A DNA stretch of 64,000 nt from Lama guanicoe (lineage: Eukaryota), in assembly GCA_013239625.1 (NCBI GenBank), contig MU053365.1:1150115-1214114 (forward strand), written 5' to 3'. The translations under genes were made by a program, and so were the position numbers. The first letter of the stretch is position 1, and each line of letters begins with the position of its first letter. The notes beneath the pieces were generated by a model. The model saw nothing but the letters and a program-made list of their open reading frames with translations, ran no database searches and had not been told where the DNA came from. Below are positions 40,918 through 55,760 of the stretch, piece after piece.

Positions 40918-41416
40918 CTAAAGTAGTATAAGGAATGCAAGTGATGTCATTAACTACAACAAATGATACACAGAAGCCTGAACGCAGGACTTTCACTGCA
41001 GGACTTCTAAATCCGTTTCTAAACAGGTTAGTTCAAATACTGAAAATCAGTTTTTAAAATACGGCTTTACGTAGAAACTTATGCATCTAACAGAAGGTAC
41101 ATTTTTGAGCTACTATAACCTGCAAAATTTCAAGAGATATAGCATAAAAAAAAAGTCCACCCTCAAAAGAAAATTGTGACTATTAAATGCAATCCCTTAT
41201 TTTATGTTTACAGCATAAGATTTGTCACTGTGAATAAACTGAAATGTAGGTAGCACTTTGGTTTGTAATATTTCATAAGCTGGCAATCAGATTTGAAACA
41301 AACACAGCTTGAGTAGCCTATAAGCCTAAGCAGAGAAAATATCCGAAACACCAATTGTGACATTTGGGTCGAAAAAAGTACTTGCAGTGTAATTCAAAGT
41401 GACAATTATTCCTTAC

Positions 41417-41551
41417 CCTCTGGACTTTTGTGCTGTTAGATTGAGAAAAATGAGTGCTGTTTTCCTTTATATCTATATGTTTTTTTTCTTCTGAGGGAGT
41501 AGGTCCAACCCTTGAGTTACTGGAAGGTAGGGAATTTGGTGGCATAATTTC
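41417..41551 (-). CDS. FMR1: FMR1 exon 11, 135 nt (KH2 variable loop)
   Basis: [45 protein letters not shown]; aag| acceptor, |gtaagg donor. Confidence 0.96.
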
Positions 41552-42171
41552 CTTGGTGAAAAACACAAAACACAAAAGAGAAAAAAGGATCAATTTTTAG
41601 GAATTTATTTAGCTGCATTATTATATCAATTATCACATCATAAGACTGTAAATTATTATAAACAGTTTTGGTAAACAAAAATTACAGAATGCAAAAATTA
41701 TGCAGTAAAAATCCACGAAGATTTAACTTCAGTAAAAGAACCTTTCACAAAAGAGAAACTAGATAAAACGTGAAAATTATGGCAATTTGGGGGGGGGATT
41801 TTATTTTAAATAGTACCATTGTACAGAAGAGCTTGCCCTCACCTTCCCCAACCCTACACAAATGCTTAAAAAAATGTAAAGCACATGTACACAAACTAAA
41901 AAAGCCAAAGAATGAAAGCCAGAAAACCTAACCACTGTCCCAATTTTACCTATCAGCACCATTAACTAATAACTGACAAGTGCTTTAGAGTTTTTACATT
42001 TATGACTACCCATGTTAAAGATCAAGAAATAAGACTTAAAGGGGGTAAAGTGACTAACTGGAAATCACAGTATTACAGAATAGACAGAGACTATTATCTT
42101 CAATTGTAACATTAACCGGCATGCCTGATAGAATTTTTACATTCACATTATGTGCATACAACAGGCCTCTA

Positions 42172-42468
<297 letters not shown>

Positions 42469-42498
42469 TCATATAATTGCAATTATCTATATCTTTTT

Positions 42499-42522
42499 AT
42501 CTGTCTGTCTGTCTGTCTGTCT
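42499..42522. repeat. (TCTG)n microsatellite
   Basis: atctgtctgtctgtctgtctgtct. Confidence 0.9.
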
Positions 42523-44329
42523 ACCTTAAAACCAAAACAGAGGTTCCTTTGCAAAAGACAATCAAATTGGCTTTCTGTTGTTATGAGGTCATCATTGATC
42601 AAACTCCTTTAGTCAGGTATTAGAGTTGATTAATATACGGGTAATTTTGAATTTTTAGGCAGTTCAAAGATAGGCTCTTATTTTGCATAACAGGGCACAC
42701 TTTAAATGTGCTGGTATAGTTGTGTGTATCACTGCAAAGTTTGATAAAAGGAATTAAGGAAAAGGATAGATAATAGAAAACACATTCATTCTTTTATTTA
42801 TTTGACAATTTCAATTCTATCTGTACTTGATTTAAATCTGCTTCTTTGCCCATGGCAAGTATTTTCAGAATTTTATATGGCACATTTATTAAAGATACTC
42901 TAAGTTGAAAAGCGGTTTGAGCAGCTATACGTACATCTAAAAGAAGAGTACCGTCTTCAGGCAAAATGTGTTATAGGCTATTACTCTTATGTATTACTCA
43001 CAAATTATTTTAGTATATTAGAAGGTGAAGGGATCAGAGTAAAAGATTAAGAAATTGCACTTTAAGATAACTTAAAACCACAGTGAAAAAGCTTAAAACT
43101 AATTCAAGATTAAATTTTACTCAATAACATCTGTTAGAACTCCAAAGATTTCAAATACCAGCAACGAATGGGCACTTGTCTCTCCTTCATTTTATACAAT
43201 TCAATGATTTACTTAACTGGGAAATGACTGCTTTCACAGCCATTATCATGCATTAGTATAAGGCAAGACATTACAAATATTAAGGAAAAACTGCTTTTAG
43301 AAATGTACATGTGAATTACATCTGATTCCAAGGGCTTTCAAGGGTAATGAAAGCCCCCTGAACCGGCCACATCCATCATGTGCTTGCCCCATCATCTCAT
43401 ATAAGGCAGGGATGGGGGAAAACAAACTGGAATAGAAATTTTGCTTTGAGCCAATCTTAGATAAGAACTCAGGGAAAACAGGATCTTGGGGTTTGTCTAA
43501 TCAGCATAGTCTTGGCATTCTTGCCATGTGTGGCGGCCTCACTCACCCCCATAACCTCTTTTAACCAGTCAGTGGTCAGGCAACACAAGTGAGAACACTA
43601 AATCAAGACTCTTTATCTTGTTCTTTCTGTCAATTATTTCTGCTCGTCTTCTCTTCAATGAAAAGGGGTGGAGGGAGGAGAGAAGTTACATGGAGTCTTC
43701 CCACAATTTTTTTTTAATCTATAACACTTATATTTTCATGAATTAATGTTGATTTTAATAAAGGTCTTTGAAGTGAGTTAGCAGAAAGAAAAATGAGATT
43801 TTGGTACATGTTTCTATCAATATCTTAACTATCCTTTATACTATGTGTTAACTATAGCTGAGTAAACCAATTCACTGTAAAAGTGGGTGAAGAACAAGTA
43901 GATTTTTAGAAAGATAAATCAACATACATACAAAAAGAATTTGTGGAAAAATAAATTATAAATCATATTGTGGGACTTGAAAACTCACGCAATACTGATT
44001 AGACATCTCACTAAAGATCTGCCTTATCAAATCTTTTTTTGTACAAAACGTTTTCTGAAAACTCCCAAAACTTCCAGTATCTGAGAAGACAATCTCTAAA
44101 CCAAAACTGTCTTACTTTACTAGTTAGAAACAAAACAAAAATCAGGTTTTCTGGTGAAATATCACTTCTGGGATCCTCTTCTCTTCAGGTAAGACTATAG
44201 GTGGAATCTAATTCTAATAGAAAATAATCCAATTCTACATTACATAGTTTTTCCAAACCCCAACTGACCGCTTACTCTAATTCTGCTCTACTGAACTGAA
44301 TGGAATTGTTTTGAATAAGGGGAAGGAAA

Positions 44330-44570
44330 GAACTAACATTTAGAGTCCTCTACTCTGTCCAGACCTTAGATAATATATATCTATGTATTTATGTATACCT
44401 GTACCTATCTATCTTTATCTTCCTATTTAATTATCATAACCCTGTGTGGTAGACACTATTATCTCATTTGTTTTCAAAGTGAGGAAGGTAGACTGAGAGA
44501 GGCTAAGTCAGTTGCCCAAGGTCAAATAGCTAACAAAAAGTGAAGTAGGACTGAAATCTAGATCCAACAC
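44330..44570 (-). mobile_element. MIR SINE in FMR1 intron 9
   Basis: actattatctcattt...gaggaa..actgagagaggctaagtcagttgcccaaggtca. Confidence 0.7.
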
Positions 44571-45054
44571 CTACACCCAAAAACCTTCCCCTACCATCAT
44601 GCCATCTCCAAAAAGAATTTTAATGTCTATTAGGTAATTTTTGAAAAAAAAAACTGTCTAATGGCTATATTTTATGACATTTAAAGTAACTTTGCTAACT
44701 ATAGTGTATGCAATTGCTTGACAAACTATAAATAAGAGGAAAATAAATATCATTCACAACCCCACTTACCCTGAGGTAAACCAGGATAGTGCTATACGTA
44801 TATTTTCCATACATACAACTGCTGTGCAAGTTACCTCCATAACATTACATAGTCATGTTCTTAGTCATCTGTAGCATATAGTTGAGAGACTAATTCTGCA
44901 TTATTTCACTAATATTTATACTTTATCTTCAATCAAACTAATTTTATTTGGGAGAGAAATTTTATTCCAAGTGTTTTTTAATGGCACAGGAAGATGTTTA
45001 TAATTCTATGGTGACAAAAAAAAAAAACAGGCTAAGTAGAACTGAACGTGAAGA

Positions 45055-45200
45055 AAATGGTAGCTCACAGAGAAAAAAATGTGACAATGAGTGTGTATAT
45101 CTCCATGTATGACTGAAAAATTGTGCTGAATACTGGAATTTGACACAACATTGTAAAATGATTATAAATCAATAAAAAATGTTAAATTACAAAAAAAAAA
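45055..45200 (+). mobile_element. Short young LINE1 3' terminus
   Basis: atgtgacaatgagtgtgtat...catgtatgactgaaaaattgtgctg...gacacaacattgtaaaatgattataaatcaataaaaaa plus A-tail. Confidence 0.75.
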
Positions 45201-45923
45201 GAAAATGCACAGAAAGTCCTATTTTCTCGTTCTTTAAACCTTCCAAAGGGCATACATTACTTTGTATATAATTGGTCATGATATCAAGTTTAAATTTCAT
45301 TTTAAATGTACAGGCAGTATATTCCAATTTTATTTACAAATTAAAATGTGTAGTATTCTTGACAAAAATGCACTTTGTTTTGATATATTCTACTAAGGAC
45401 AACAGTAGCATTTAAGAGTATTGGTACAGAGTTCCTAGGTATTTCTTGGTACTCAAGATGGTGACGGTCATGAAACAACAGTACTCAAGTCAAGATGAAG
45501 AATTATGATTGATGCTGCAGAAAGCCCTCCCCAGAGACATTCAGAATTACTTCTAGCTTAGGAACTTACTCAATTTAAGTAACCTATATTCAGATCTTTC
45601 ACTTAGAGAGATCAAATATCAATACTCCAGATTATAAAAAGCCCCCAAATGTCATTCATTTTGGAAAAACATACTTAATTTTAAGATATAAAAAGTATAG
45701 AGTGACGAGGCTGTGCAGAATTTGTCTTTCCAAGCACTAGTGGGTTCGAGCTAGCAAAGTAGTATCTTTTGCATACCTTCCGAAAATGTAATCTTTGAGT
45801 ATATTTACCAAGTATTTTCTGTACACTATAGCAACAGACTATTTCAAAGATTAAGCTTCAGTTAAATCACTTCTCAAATGAGCGAAAATGGAATTCTATG
45901 TGTATAAATAAGTTGTTTACCTA

Positions 45924-46046
<123 letters not shown>

Positions 46047-46110
46047 CTAGTAAGAATAGGGAAAATATTTAAATCAACAAAAGATGAGCCATCTGAAATA
46101 CTGTTTTTTA

Positions 46111-46476
<366 letters not shown>

Positions 46477-48509
46477 TTAGGTTACTGAAGGTCTATGTCA
46501 TTTGATATATTTTTGTTAACAGGAAAGGGTTTGTTGACAACTTTCCCAAGGTAACTTGAAAACCTATTTGCAAGGCTGCCTTAGTTAACCAATGACATCA
46601 ATGTAATAATTAAGAAGCAAATCAAATGTTCCCAGATAAAAATCAGCTCACTGGGTCTGACAGACTCAATTTTAATTAAATAAAAAAAATTTAAATACCA
46701 TCTTTACAGAAAACTATATTCATTTCATTTTTATTAAAGGATATGAGTGTGTGTGTGTGCGCATTTTTTTCTGGAAACAGTGCCATTTATATAACTTATC
46801 ACTAGATACTCTGGTCTAGACATCCCTCTGATGAAGTGATAACATTAAAAAGACACCCCTCACCCACCGAGTAAAGGAATCATAAAAATTATTGGTACAG
46901 TAATTAAGCTGAATGATTACAGAATGTCAAAGATTTACAACTTATCTTACATATGTGTCTGCAACCTAAAATTAGACCAGAGTCTGTAAGACCATGTGAT
47001 CTGGATCCACAAGTATGATGAATTCTTTCCAATATTCAGTGATGACTGAACTAGGTTATCCAAACTTGTGGATAATCACTCTCTTTAAACAGTATTACCA
47101 AAATTTAATGTTTAGTTCTAGCATGCCATTAATGAAAACCAAACATATTAGTGGCTCATGTCAAAAAATGGAAATTTCTTATCTGAATATGTGGACCTCT
47201 TTAATATTAGTAGTGAGGAAAGATAGGCATGCATGCTAGTTTCTTATTATTCAACATACCCAATAATTTGAATGAATGAGTATAACTACTGTAAACAATT
47301 AAAAAAGTATAATAGCCTCTTTGTAGATCAGAGTAACAAAATGTACCAGATATTCTTAGGATTTTTCAAGAGGTCATGTTTTTTGAGTTCTGGTTCATTC
47401 ACCTGATTAAGCGTGATAATTGATAATTCACTAATAAGTGATAAGCCAAAGGTACGATAACAGATCATTTGAGAAGAATTAGATGTTTAAGAAGAGGTAT
47501 ATGAGTATATTTCCACAATATTCACAGTGAGATTAAGGAGGCTGTTCTGGCCTAAAGGTTATGAGAGAATTGCTAAAGAAACCACAAACTTGTGAACACA
47601 GGGTCATCAACAAAGAATGAGGGTAAAAACCAATTAAACAGACCTCCATGGCCATAAGGAAAACAAAGTAGCAAAAGGAGATATTGTTAAAGGAGATATG
47701 AATGTCTCCTCTCCTACTAAGAGTTCAGCAGTCACACATTAAGTTGGAAGTTGGTAAGTTTCCCAGGGTTTTCCAAGAATATAGCCTTGACTCCCTTCTC
47801 TCTTAAAATGCAGTTTGGAACTCCTTTTTTTCTTTACTATTTCAACTGCATGGTGTTTTCCCTCTAATGAAATGAATAACGATGAGGAACTCTGGAATCT
47901 GACAGTGATATACTTGAGTTGGCACTTTAAATTAAAATCCATTTAGTTTCTATGGTAATGGATGGAAGTACTAGATAGTTATCAATGAAAATAAATGTAT
48001 GGTGATGGAAATTATTGGAGGATTAATAGAAGTAGATAAAATGCACCTTAAGAGACGAAATAGTAAGTTAAGGAAATAGCCTCTGGCAGGAATCTGAAGA
48101 CAGGAGTTTTAAAGAGTGACAACCAATTAGAATGGAGAAGTTCTACACCCTTTTAAACAGAGATAAACATATATAATGAAAGGAATATGATTAGATATTT
48201 AAATAGTCTGTAGTACTTTAATGATAACATGTTATATGGAAGAAGCATTGCCTCATTTCATTAGCAGCTTTGACGAACTTCTAGTAAAAAGTGAGTTGGC
48301 CAGTAGGTTCCTTAACATACATAAACTGCTGCTTAATTCTAAAACCTCAGATGTGAAAGATTCTAGTATGATTATGCTTTGTAAAATTTTAATTCTTGAA
48401 AATACACACTATGAGGAATTGCTAAGAAACAATATACAAAGGACAAGCTGCCTATATTCAAGTTTCGTAACTGCACAGTTAGTTCTAAATAGCCTGACAA
48501 GCAGCACTA

Positions 48510-48641
<132 letters not shown>

Positions 48642-48687
48642 CTAAAGGATATAAATCAACACCATTATTATTAAAGTAAATGCCTTA

Positions 48688-48870
<183 letters not shown>

Positions 48871-49890
48871 CTATTGGTGTATACATATATATGCAGAGAA
48901 ATTTGCACATTGTAGAACTGTAGATTCATGTTGAACTAGATTTATGCAAATATGCTATAATCATTTAAAAGTTTAGTTCCTTTGTTGTATGTCTCTGAAA
49001 TCCTCAGCCCAATCAAGCATTTGAGATTATAGAGAAAGGAAAAAAAAACAGTCATGTTCTTAAGGGATTACTGGTTGTCTTAGATTACCAAAGGTGACAT
49101 CTTTAGGGGAGCCACACTCCTCTGCAGGCTTCCTGATTTCAGTTACATATGGTAGGTCAATAATTTTCTTGAGTCAACTGTTGAAAACTTTTAGGAATAG
49201 GTACAGGGTACCCAATTTTGTTTTGTTGTTTCTTTTCTAAAGAAAAACTGCTAACCAATTTAAGGGAGAGAAGGAAATGTATATGAATCAGAAGGCACAA
49301 CATTTACATACATACACAATCTCTACAATCAAAAAGCAGGATTTCTATGTACTTTCAACTACAAGTCAACATTTATCTAAAGTGTGACATGTCCAAATTA
49401 AACTTAATACATGCCCTTGATGAAATCTTTTGAGAGGAATTTCTTCTCTAAAAACTCTTTAAGCATTACTCCAGATCAAGGATTATATGAAAGATGACCT
49501 CTTGAAGCTTTTTTTGCTCTACTTGTTACATATTTATCTGAAAATATTAGTTAAAAGGGAAAAAAACCTGAAGAAACCTCCACTATCTAGAAACTGATTT
49601 TGTGACTTATGACAGAATATCTGTATTAATCAACTTTGAAATCTTAAAATTCTATAAACAATGTCAACTTTAGTGAACAAATGTATATTAGTTGTGTATT
49701 TAAACAAGTGCAATGTTGGCTTAATTATATAACTGGATAAAGCTAAATATGCTTTTTCAATACTTTCGCAAACCATTTTTGCCAAAGTTCACTGAATTTA
49801 AAATTGATTTCTATTATTTTAAAATTTATATTCTTTTAAATTCACTGCATAGCACCTCTAAGTTCTCAGCCTTTCTCATATACCAACTTA

Positions 49891-50070
<180 letters not shown>

Positions 50071-50195
50071 TCACACTGTTTAAAGTAAGAACAAAAAGCT
50101 ATACCTATTCAGTTATTTTTAAATTCTCTAGAGAAAAAAAAAACTGAAACACATGAAATGTACTGAACATGTAAATATTTTAATAAAAAGACTCA

Positions 50196-50372
<177 letters not shown>

Positions 50373-51237
50373 CTACACAAAAATTACAACATAGAATATT
50401 TTATGATTAACATCATTCAGAAATCTATAAATTATCAGACATCAAGGAAAATTTCTTAAAATGATCTTTAGTGTCTTTCAAACCCATATACTCTATACCT
50501 TAAACCAGATTGTACCCACATCACCAGTGGGTACAGAAACTACCTGATTACCTATGAGCGCCCTGTAAAAAAGTGCTTTTCTATTTCTCTGCATTACCCC
50601 AGTAGTAATCAGTACTCTGAATAGGAGTGCTCAAGAAAAGCTGACCATTTGTAAAACTGGGCATACTTTCCTTGGGTACTTTGTGAGCTACGAAAATGTA
50701 TCTAAAAAATGTAAAGACAAACTTGTTTTTGTTTTACTCTAAAAAACAAATAACTGACTGGAAGTTACTGGCCTGGTTGCATGGTCACTAAGTGGGTAAG
50801 GCCACTGACTAGTTAGCTCATTAAAGTTACCACTCTGGCATTCATGTCTCCTGCAAACTAAATGGACAGATCCTTGGTCCATCTCTGGTCGTCTGACCCC
50901 TCTCCACTAAAATGGTAACTCCACGCTGGCAATCCTCTGGATACCATCTTCCTGCTCTCATACACTGTGCACCAGTTCTTCTAAACTGATCTCTCTGATG
51001 ATCACTTCACTTCAAAGTTCACTTATGATGTGCAGCATGGAACCTTTGTGAAGACACTAGTAAATCAAGGTTAATAGGGAAAGACACAACACAGTAATAC
51101 ATGGGGAGAGAGACAAATACTCTGAAGTAGAAAGAAGACACAGGAAGGACAAGGGGGACAGGGAGGAGAAGACAGGAGAGAAGAAAAGCAACTCAAGGTT
51201 CCAACTCTCGTCTCCTTTTTACTACTGTAGTTCACAG

Positions 51238-51741
51238 TTATGCAACACAGTGACTAAACACAACTTAACTCAACCTACCTTTCCCTCTTGCCCCCATCAC
51301 TTCCTCTCAACTCTGCTCTGGCCAGAGAAAAACCTCAGTTATTTGTTAACTGTTATGTAATACAATGAGGTCATCCTAGCAACAGCGTTTCACTGGTTCC
51401 CATTTGTCATGTGACTAAGCTGTAAAAAAAAAAGTCCCCTTTACCCATCACTATTATGAGCATTCCTGGTATAGACAGACCAAAAGACCTAAGTTAATGA
51501 TTATACAATACAGTGACTAAATACAACTTAATTTAACCTACATTTCTCTCCTGCGACAATCAATTCCCTTCAGCTCTGCTCTAGCCAGAGTGATAATCTC
51601 AGTTACGCATTACTGTTAGTGGGTCATCATAGCATCAGCATCTCATTGGTTACCACCTGTCATGTGACTCAGTTGGGGAAAAAAAAAAACAACCTGTCCC
51701 TTTTATCCAACCAAATACTATGAGGACTTCTGAAATAGACC
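51238..51741. repeat. Old 263-bp-period tandem duplication in FMR1 intron 3
   Basis: ttat.caa.acagtgactaaa.acaacttaa starts at 51238 and 51501; shared ctctgctct.gccagag, tgtcatgtgact, A-run and gtccc.ttta. Confidence 0.9.
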
Positions 51742-52943
51742 AGAAGTGCTGGTTCTTGACTTAAGGGAGCTTGTAGTCTCCTGGGGGTGTGAACAGCAAA
51801 AGGTCCTCTACAAGTAGAGACAGTGTTTGTGTTCCCTACTGGGATCCCTCACAAAACCAAGCCCAGTTCCTTTCACCTAGTAAGTACTGACTACATTTTT
51901 GGTAAATAAATAGTACTCCAGTCTACTTCCACTTTAAAACTGTACAGAAAAGAATACAGGCCTGGACATCCAAAGACCTTCCCTGAGCCCTCTCTAAAAC
52001 AGCACTCTTGCCCCTACATCACCGTCCATCCTCTTTTTTTCTTCCTAGGACTTATTCACATCTGCCATATTAGCTATCCTCACTAGACTGTGACCTCATC
52101 AAAGGCTGGGACTCTTCTGCTTCATTACACCATCTGTATGTAACACAGAAAATGAGAATTCAAGGACCCAGTTCACTTTATTTGACCTCTACCAACGTCT
52201 ACTTAGCTGCTTCCTTCATACCACAAATACTCATGAAACTGCAACTGTTAACAAGGCGTTGTGGAGAAACACGTAGCTTAAAATGGAGTATGTGAAAGGG
52301 GAGGAAGGAGAGAATACTATACAGACCGACTACAACATAAAGCAGACTTCGAGGGCCTTAAGTCTCACAACACTTTTCAGTGGCTAGAGAAAGCACAAAC
52401 ACAATGTTGTGGTTAACATGTTACATCTTCATAGCACCTTTTGGTCAAAGACATCAATGGCACATAAACAGGTGGTTCACAGCATCTCCTGCAAAAAGAT
52501 GTTTTACCTCTATGTGTATATACTAAAACTTGTAGATGAGTTTTTAAAAATATGCCAGAAGGATTTACTGCTGCTTAAAGAAACTGTACGATGCTGCTCT
52601 ACTATAAGGGATAATGTTTTTCCCTTTGTAAGATTAACTTTCCTAACTCATTTTGCTTAAAATGGAGACACAGTTATAAACTAATAATATATTATTCAAA
52701 TAAAAGACTGAAAAATTGGGGGGGGAGAAATACTAGTGGGCAAAGGAAATCAGTGGTGACTTTCAAAGCTGCGCCCTTAGGCAGCCACATTTAAGCGTCA
52801 ATAACGTGTTATTTCAAATAATTATTAAGATGGCTCAGTCAAAAAGCTTATTTGTATCACAGTTGTAATACTTAAGGTAGATTAAAAAGTGTTAAACAAA
52901 GGGTACAGAAGGTACAGGCAAGCTAAATGCTCCTACCTCTTCA

Positions 52944-53090
<147 letters not shown>

Positions 53091-55084
53091 TTATTTTACA
53101 TGCTTTTTGGCTTAATGGAAACAATGACCATGCTGCCATCAACTTTTAGTTAAGTGTGACCCTCTGTTTTTCTACTTTAAAGAAGCAAATGCTTTAAAAC
53201 TGTCAGTGTTTTGCTGAGTGGGACATAATGGCAACACAGAGACACTTCAACTGAGTCTGCATGCAGCACAGCAGCCTTGTAGTTCTGTTTGGAGTATTTC
53301 TCTAAACACAATATATCAACATTACCATTTTCCAAACAAGTCTTTCTTCCAATAATTTCAACCTCTAAGAGTTCTAAACTTAAGGCCACAACAGCAATTT
53401 CTTTTAATGCTTAAATTAAATACGTTAGTATCAGTAAGTGTTAGTAGTATCACCATACTTCTACTTGCAAAGGAATTTTAACCACATTCCAATGACCATA
53501 GAAACTGGTCCTAAATGCCCTCTAGTTCCCAAGCAAAATGGGGCAGTCAGCACATTAGCAATTCACAACTCACTTTTCCCCCTTTAAATTTTAGATCCAG
53601 CGAGGTGCTCAATTCTTGCCATGGATAGCTGGCTGCTGATCTGTATGATGTACCAGCATGCACTGGCCTGGTGGGGTCTCCTAAACCACAGAAACCCGAT
53701 GGAGACAGCCTATAGGAGTTCAGTAAGTTGCCTCTGGTTTTTAACTTAAAATTATATGGAACAATTTTGAAAAACACCAAATTATTCTTTTATATCCACA
53801 ATGATATAAAATATTAAAAGATAAACTTTGTAAAAATACTGGAGGATTCAACTGCTAAAGCAGTCATTTCTGGGTTTACTGCTAAAGGGCCTTCTTAGTA
53901 AAATCCTATTGAGAAAAGCATATTTTATTCTTTAGAGAAGAGCTATTATATAAGATAGTAGAGTAGGTAACTGAATCAGAATTTGTGGAAATCTATTAGG
54001 GCATATATTAGACTGAACCTTTTCTTTGAATTATTATACACCCTTGAAAACTATAAACTGTCTTTACTTCAGAACAACTTTTTAAAAATATATTTACTGA
54101 CATTAGTGACTTAACATGTTACAGATGTACTGCTAAATTTGACTTGTAAAGCATATAATAATACATAATATAATTTTCTTGGTTTCAAAAAAGGAATAAT
54201 TATTTTAAGTCTTTAGTATACAGAGATAAAAATTCAAATTCTTTTTTCAAAAACGTAAAACACAGAAGGTAAAAACAAAGCATCTAAACTAATGTGGTAT
54301 TATAGGAGTTCCTTTACGACTGAAAGGAAAGAAAGTGTCTGAAGTTTTACAGATTATCAGTTTTTTGTTTTTTAACAGAAAAACAAAAAACACAAGGAAG
54401 TACAAAGAAGCTGATTTAGTAGGGACCTATCAAATCCTGGTGATATGCTCAAATTCAGTGTTGAATCTCATGCATACTTCACAAACACAAGGAAAAAGCT
54501 GATCTATTTCAAATTCCCAGGATGACAAATAGCTTGAAGAGAACCTTGTATGCAGCTATAGTACAGGAGAGAATTAGGAGGTCCAAAGACAGAATAATTT
54601 TAAGTTAATAGTAGAAATCTGATTGAAAACAAAAGAGAATTGATCTATCAGTGTATAAACTAGACACATTCTTAAATGAATAGAGGAAATGAGTGTTTGC
54701 TTAATACTTTAGATTAAGGACTATAGGAGAAACTACTAGAGTGGCAAATAAAGATAACTCTCTGTTTATGGAAAACAGTGTTTACCTAGTGATGGAAGTA
54801 AGCAGATAAGAGTATAATTACAAGAAAAAAATTACTCTCCGAGTTATCAAAAATCCCTCTGCTAGAGGTGTGATGCTATTGTCTAGCATATAATACATGG
54901 ATAAACATGCAAAGAGGCAGATTTTGGAACTTTTGGCTTTCTGTATTCAGAGAAAGGTATTCATTCTATTATCCAAACTTGTATTTTGGGCCGAGACTAT
55001 TTGTCTAGAGCTGAGAACAGGGTAGGGTACTCAATCCTTTTATCTCTGTCCTCCTAAATATGTTTCAAGCATTTGAGACTACTA

Positions 55085-55298
55085 CAGTTAACCCTTGAAC
55101 AATTCGGGGGTTAGGGATGCTGACCCTCTACACAGTCAAGAATCCATGTATAACTTATACTGGGCTCTCCATACCTGAGGTTGGCGTCGTGGATTCAACC
55201 AACCTTGGATTGTGTAGTGCCGTAGTATTTACTTTGAAAAAAATTCACATATAAGTGATCACATGCAGTGCAAACTCATGTTGTTCAAGGGTCAACTG
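55085..55298. mobile_element. Tc1/mariner Tigger2-like MITE
   Basis: TIRs cagttaacccttgaacaa and ttgttcaagggtcaactg, with TA target duplication. Confidence 0.9.
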
Positions 55299-55379
55299 TA
55301 CTTTGTCCTGCTGGTAGCTAAAAGATTCTGCTAACAGTCTAATTATAGCATGACTGAGTTAAATACTGTATTTTAACAG

Positions 55380-55760
55380 ATTTATTGAGATATAATTCAC
55401 ATAACCATATAACCTATCCACTTAAGACTATGTACAAATCAATTTTTTTTAAACAGTACATTTTACTTGACATCAAACAACAAACTCCCCGATTTGTCTC
55501 AGTTGTGACATACAGACACTTTCAGATTGCTTTTTGGTGGTCACCCACGCTGAACAAGATTTTTCAATCTTCAAAACACCCATACAAGTCAATGGTTTTA
55601 AGTATATTCATAGATAGGCACAACCATTACCAGTCAATTTCAGAACATTTTCATCAACTGAAAAAGAAACCTCATACTCTTTAGCTATGGCTCTCCATCC
55701 TCTACCAACCCTAAGCAACCACTAATCTATTTCATCTCTCTATAGATTTGCAATCTGTTT
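55380..55760 (-). mobile_element. LINE1 3' end (antisense) interrupted by a 139-bp insert
   Basis: tttattgagatataattcacataaccata...ttcagaacattttcatca...ccctaagcaaccactaatcta. Confidence 0.8.
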
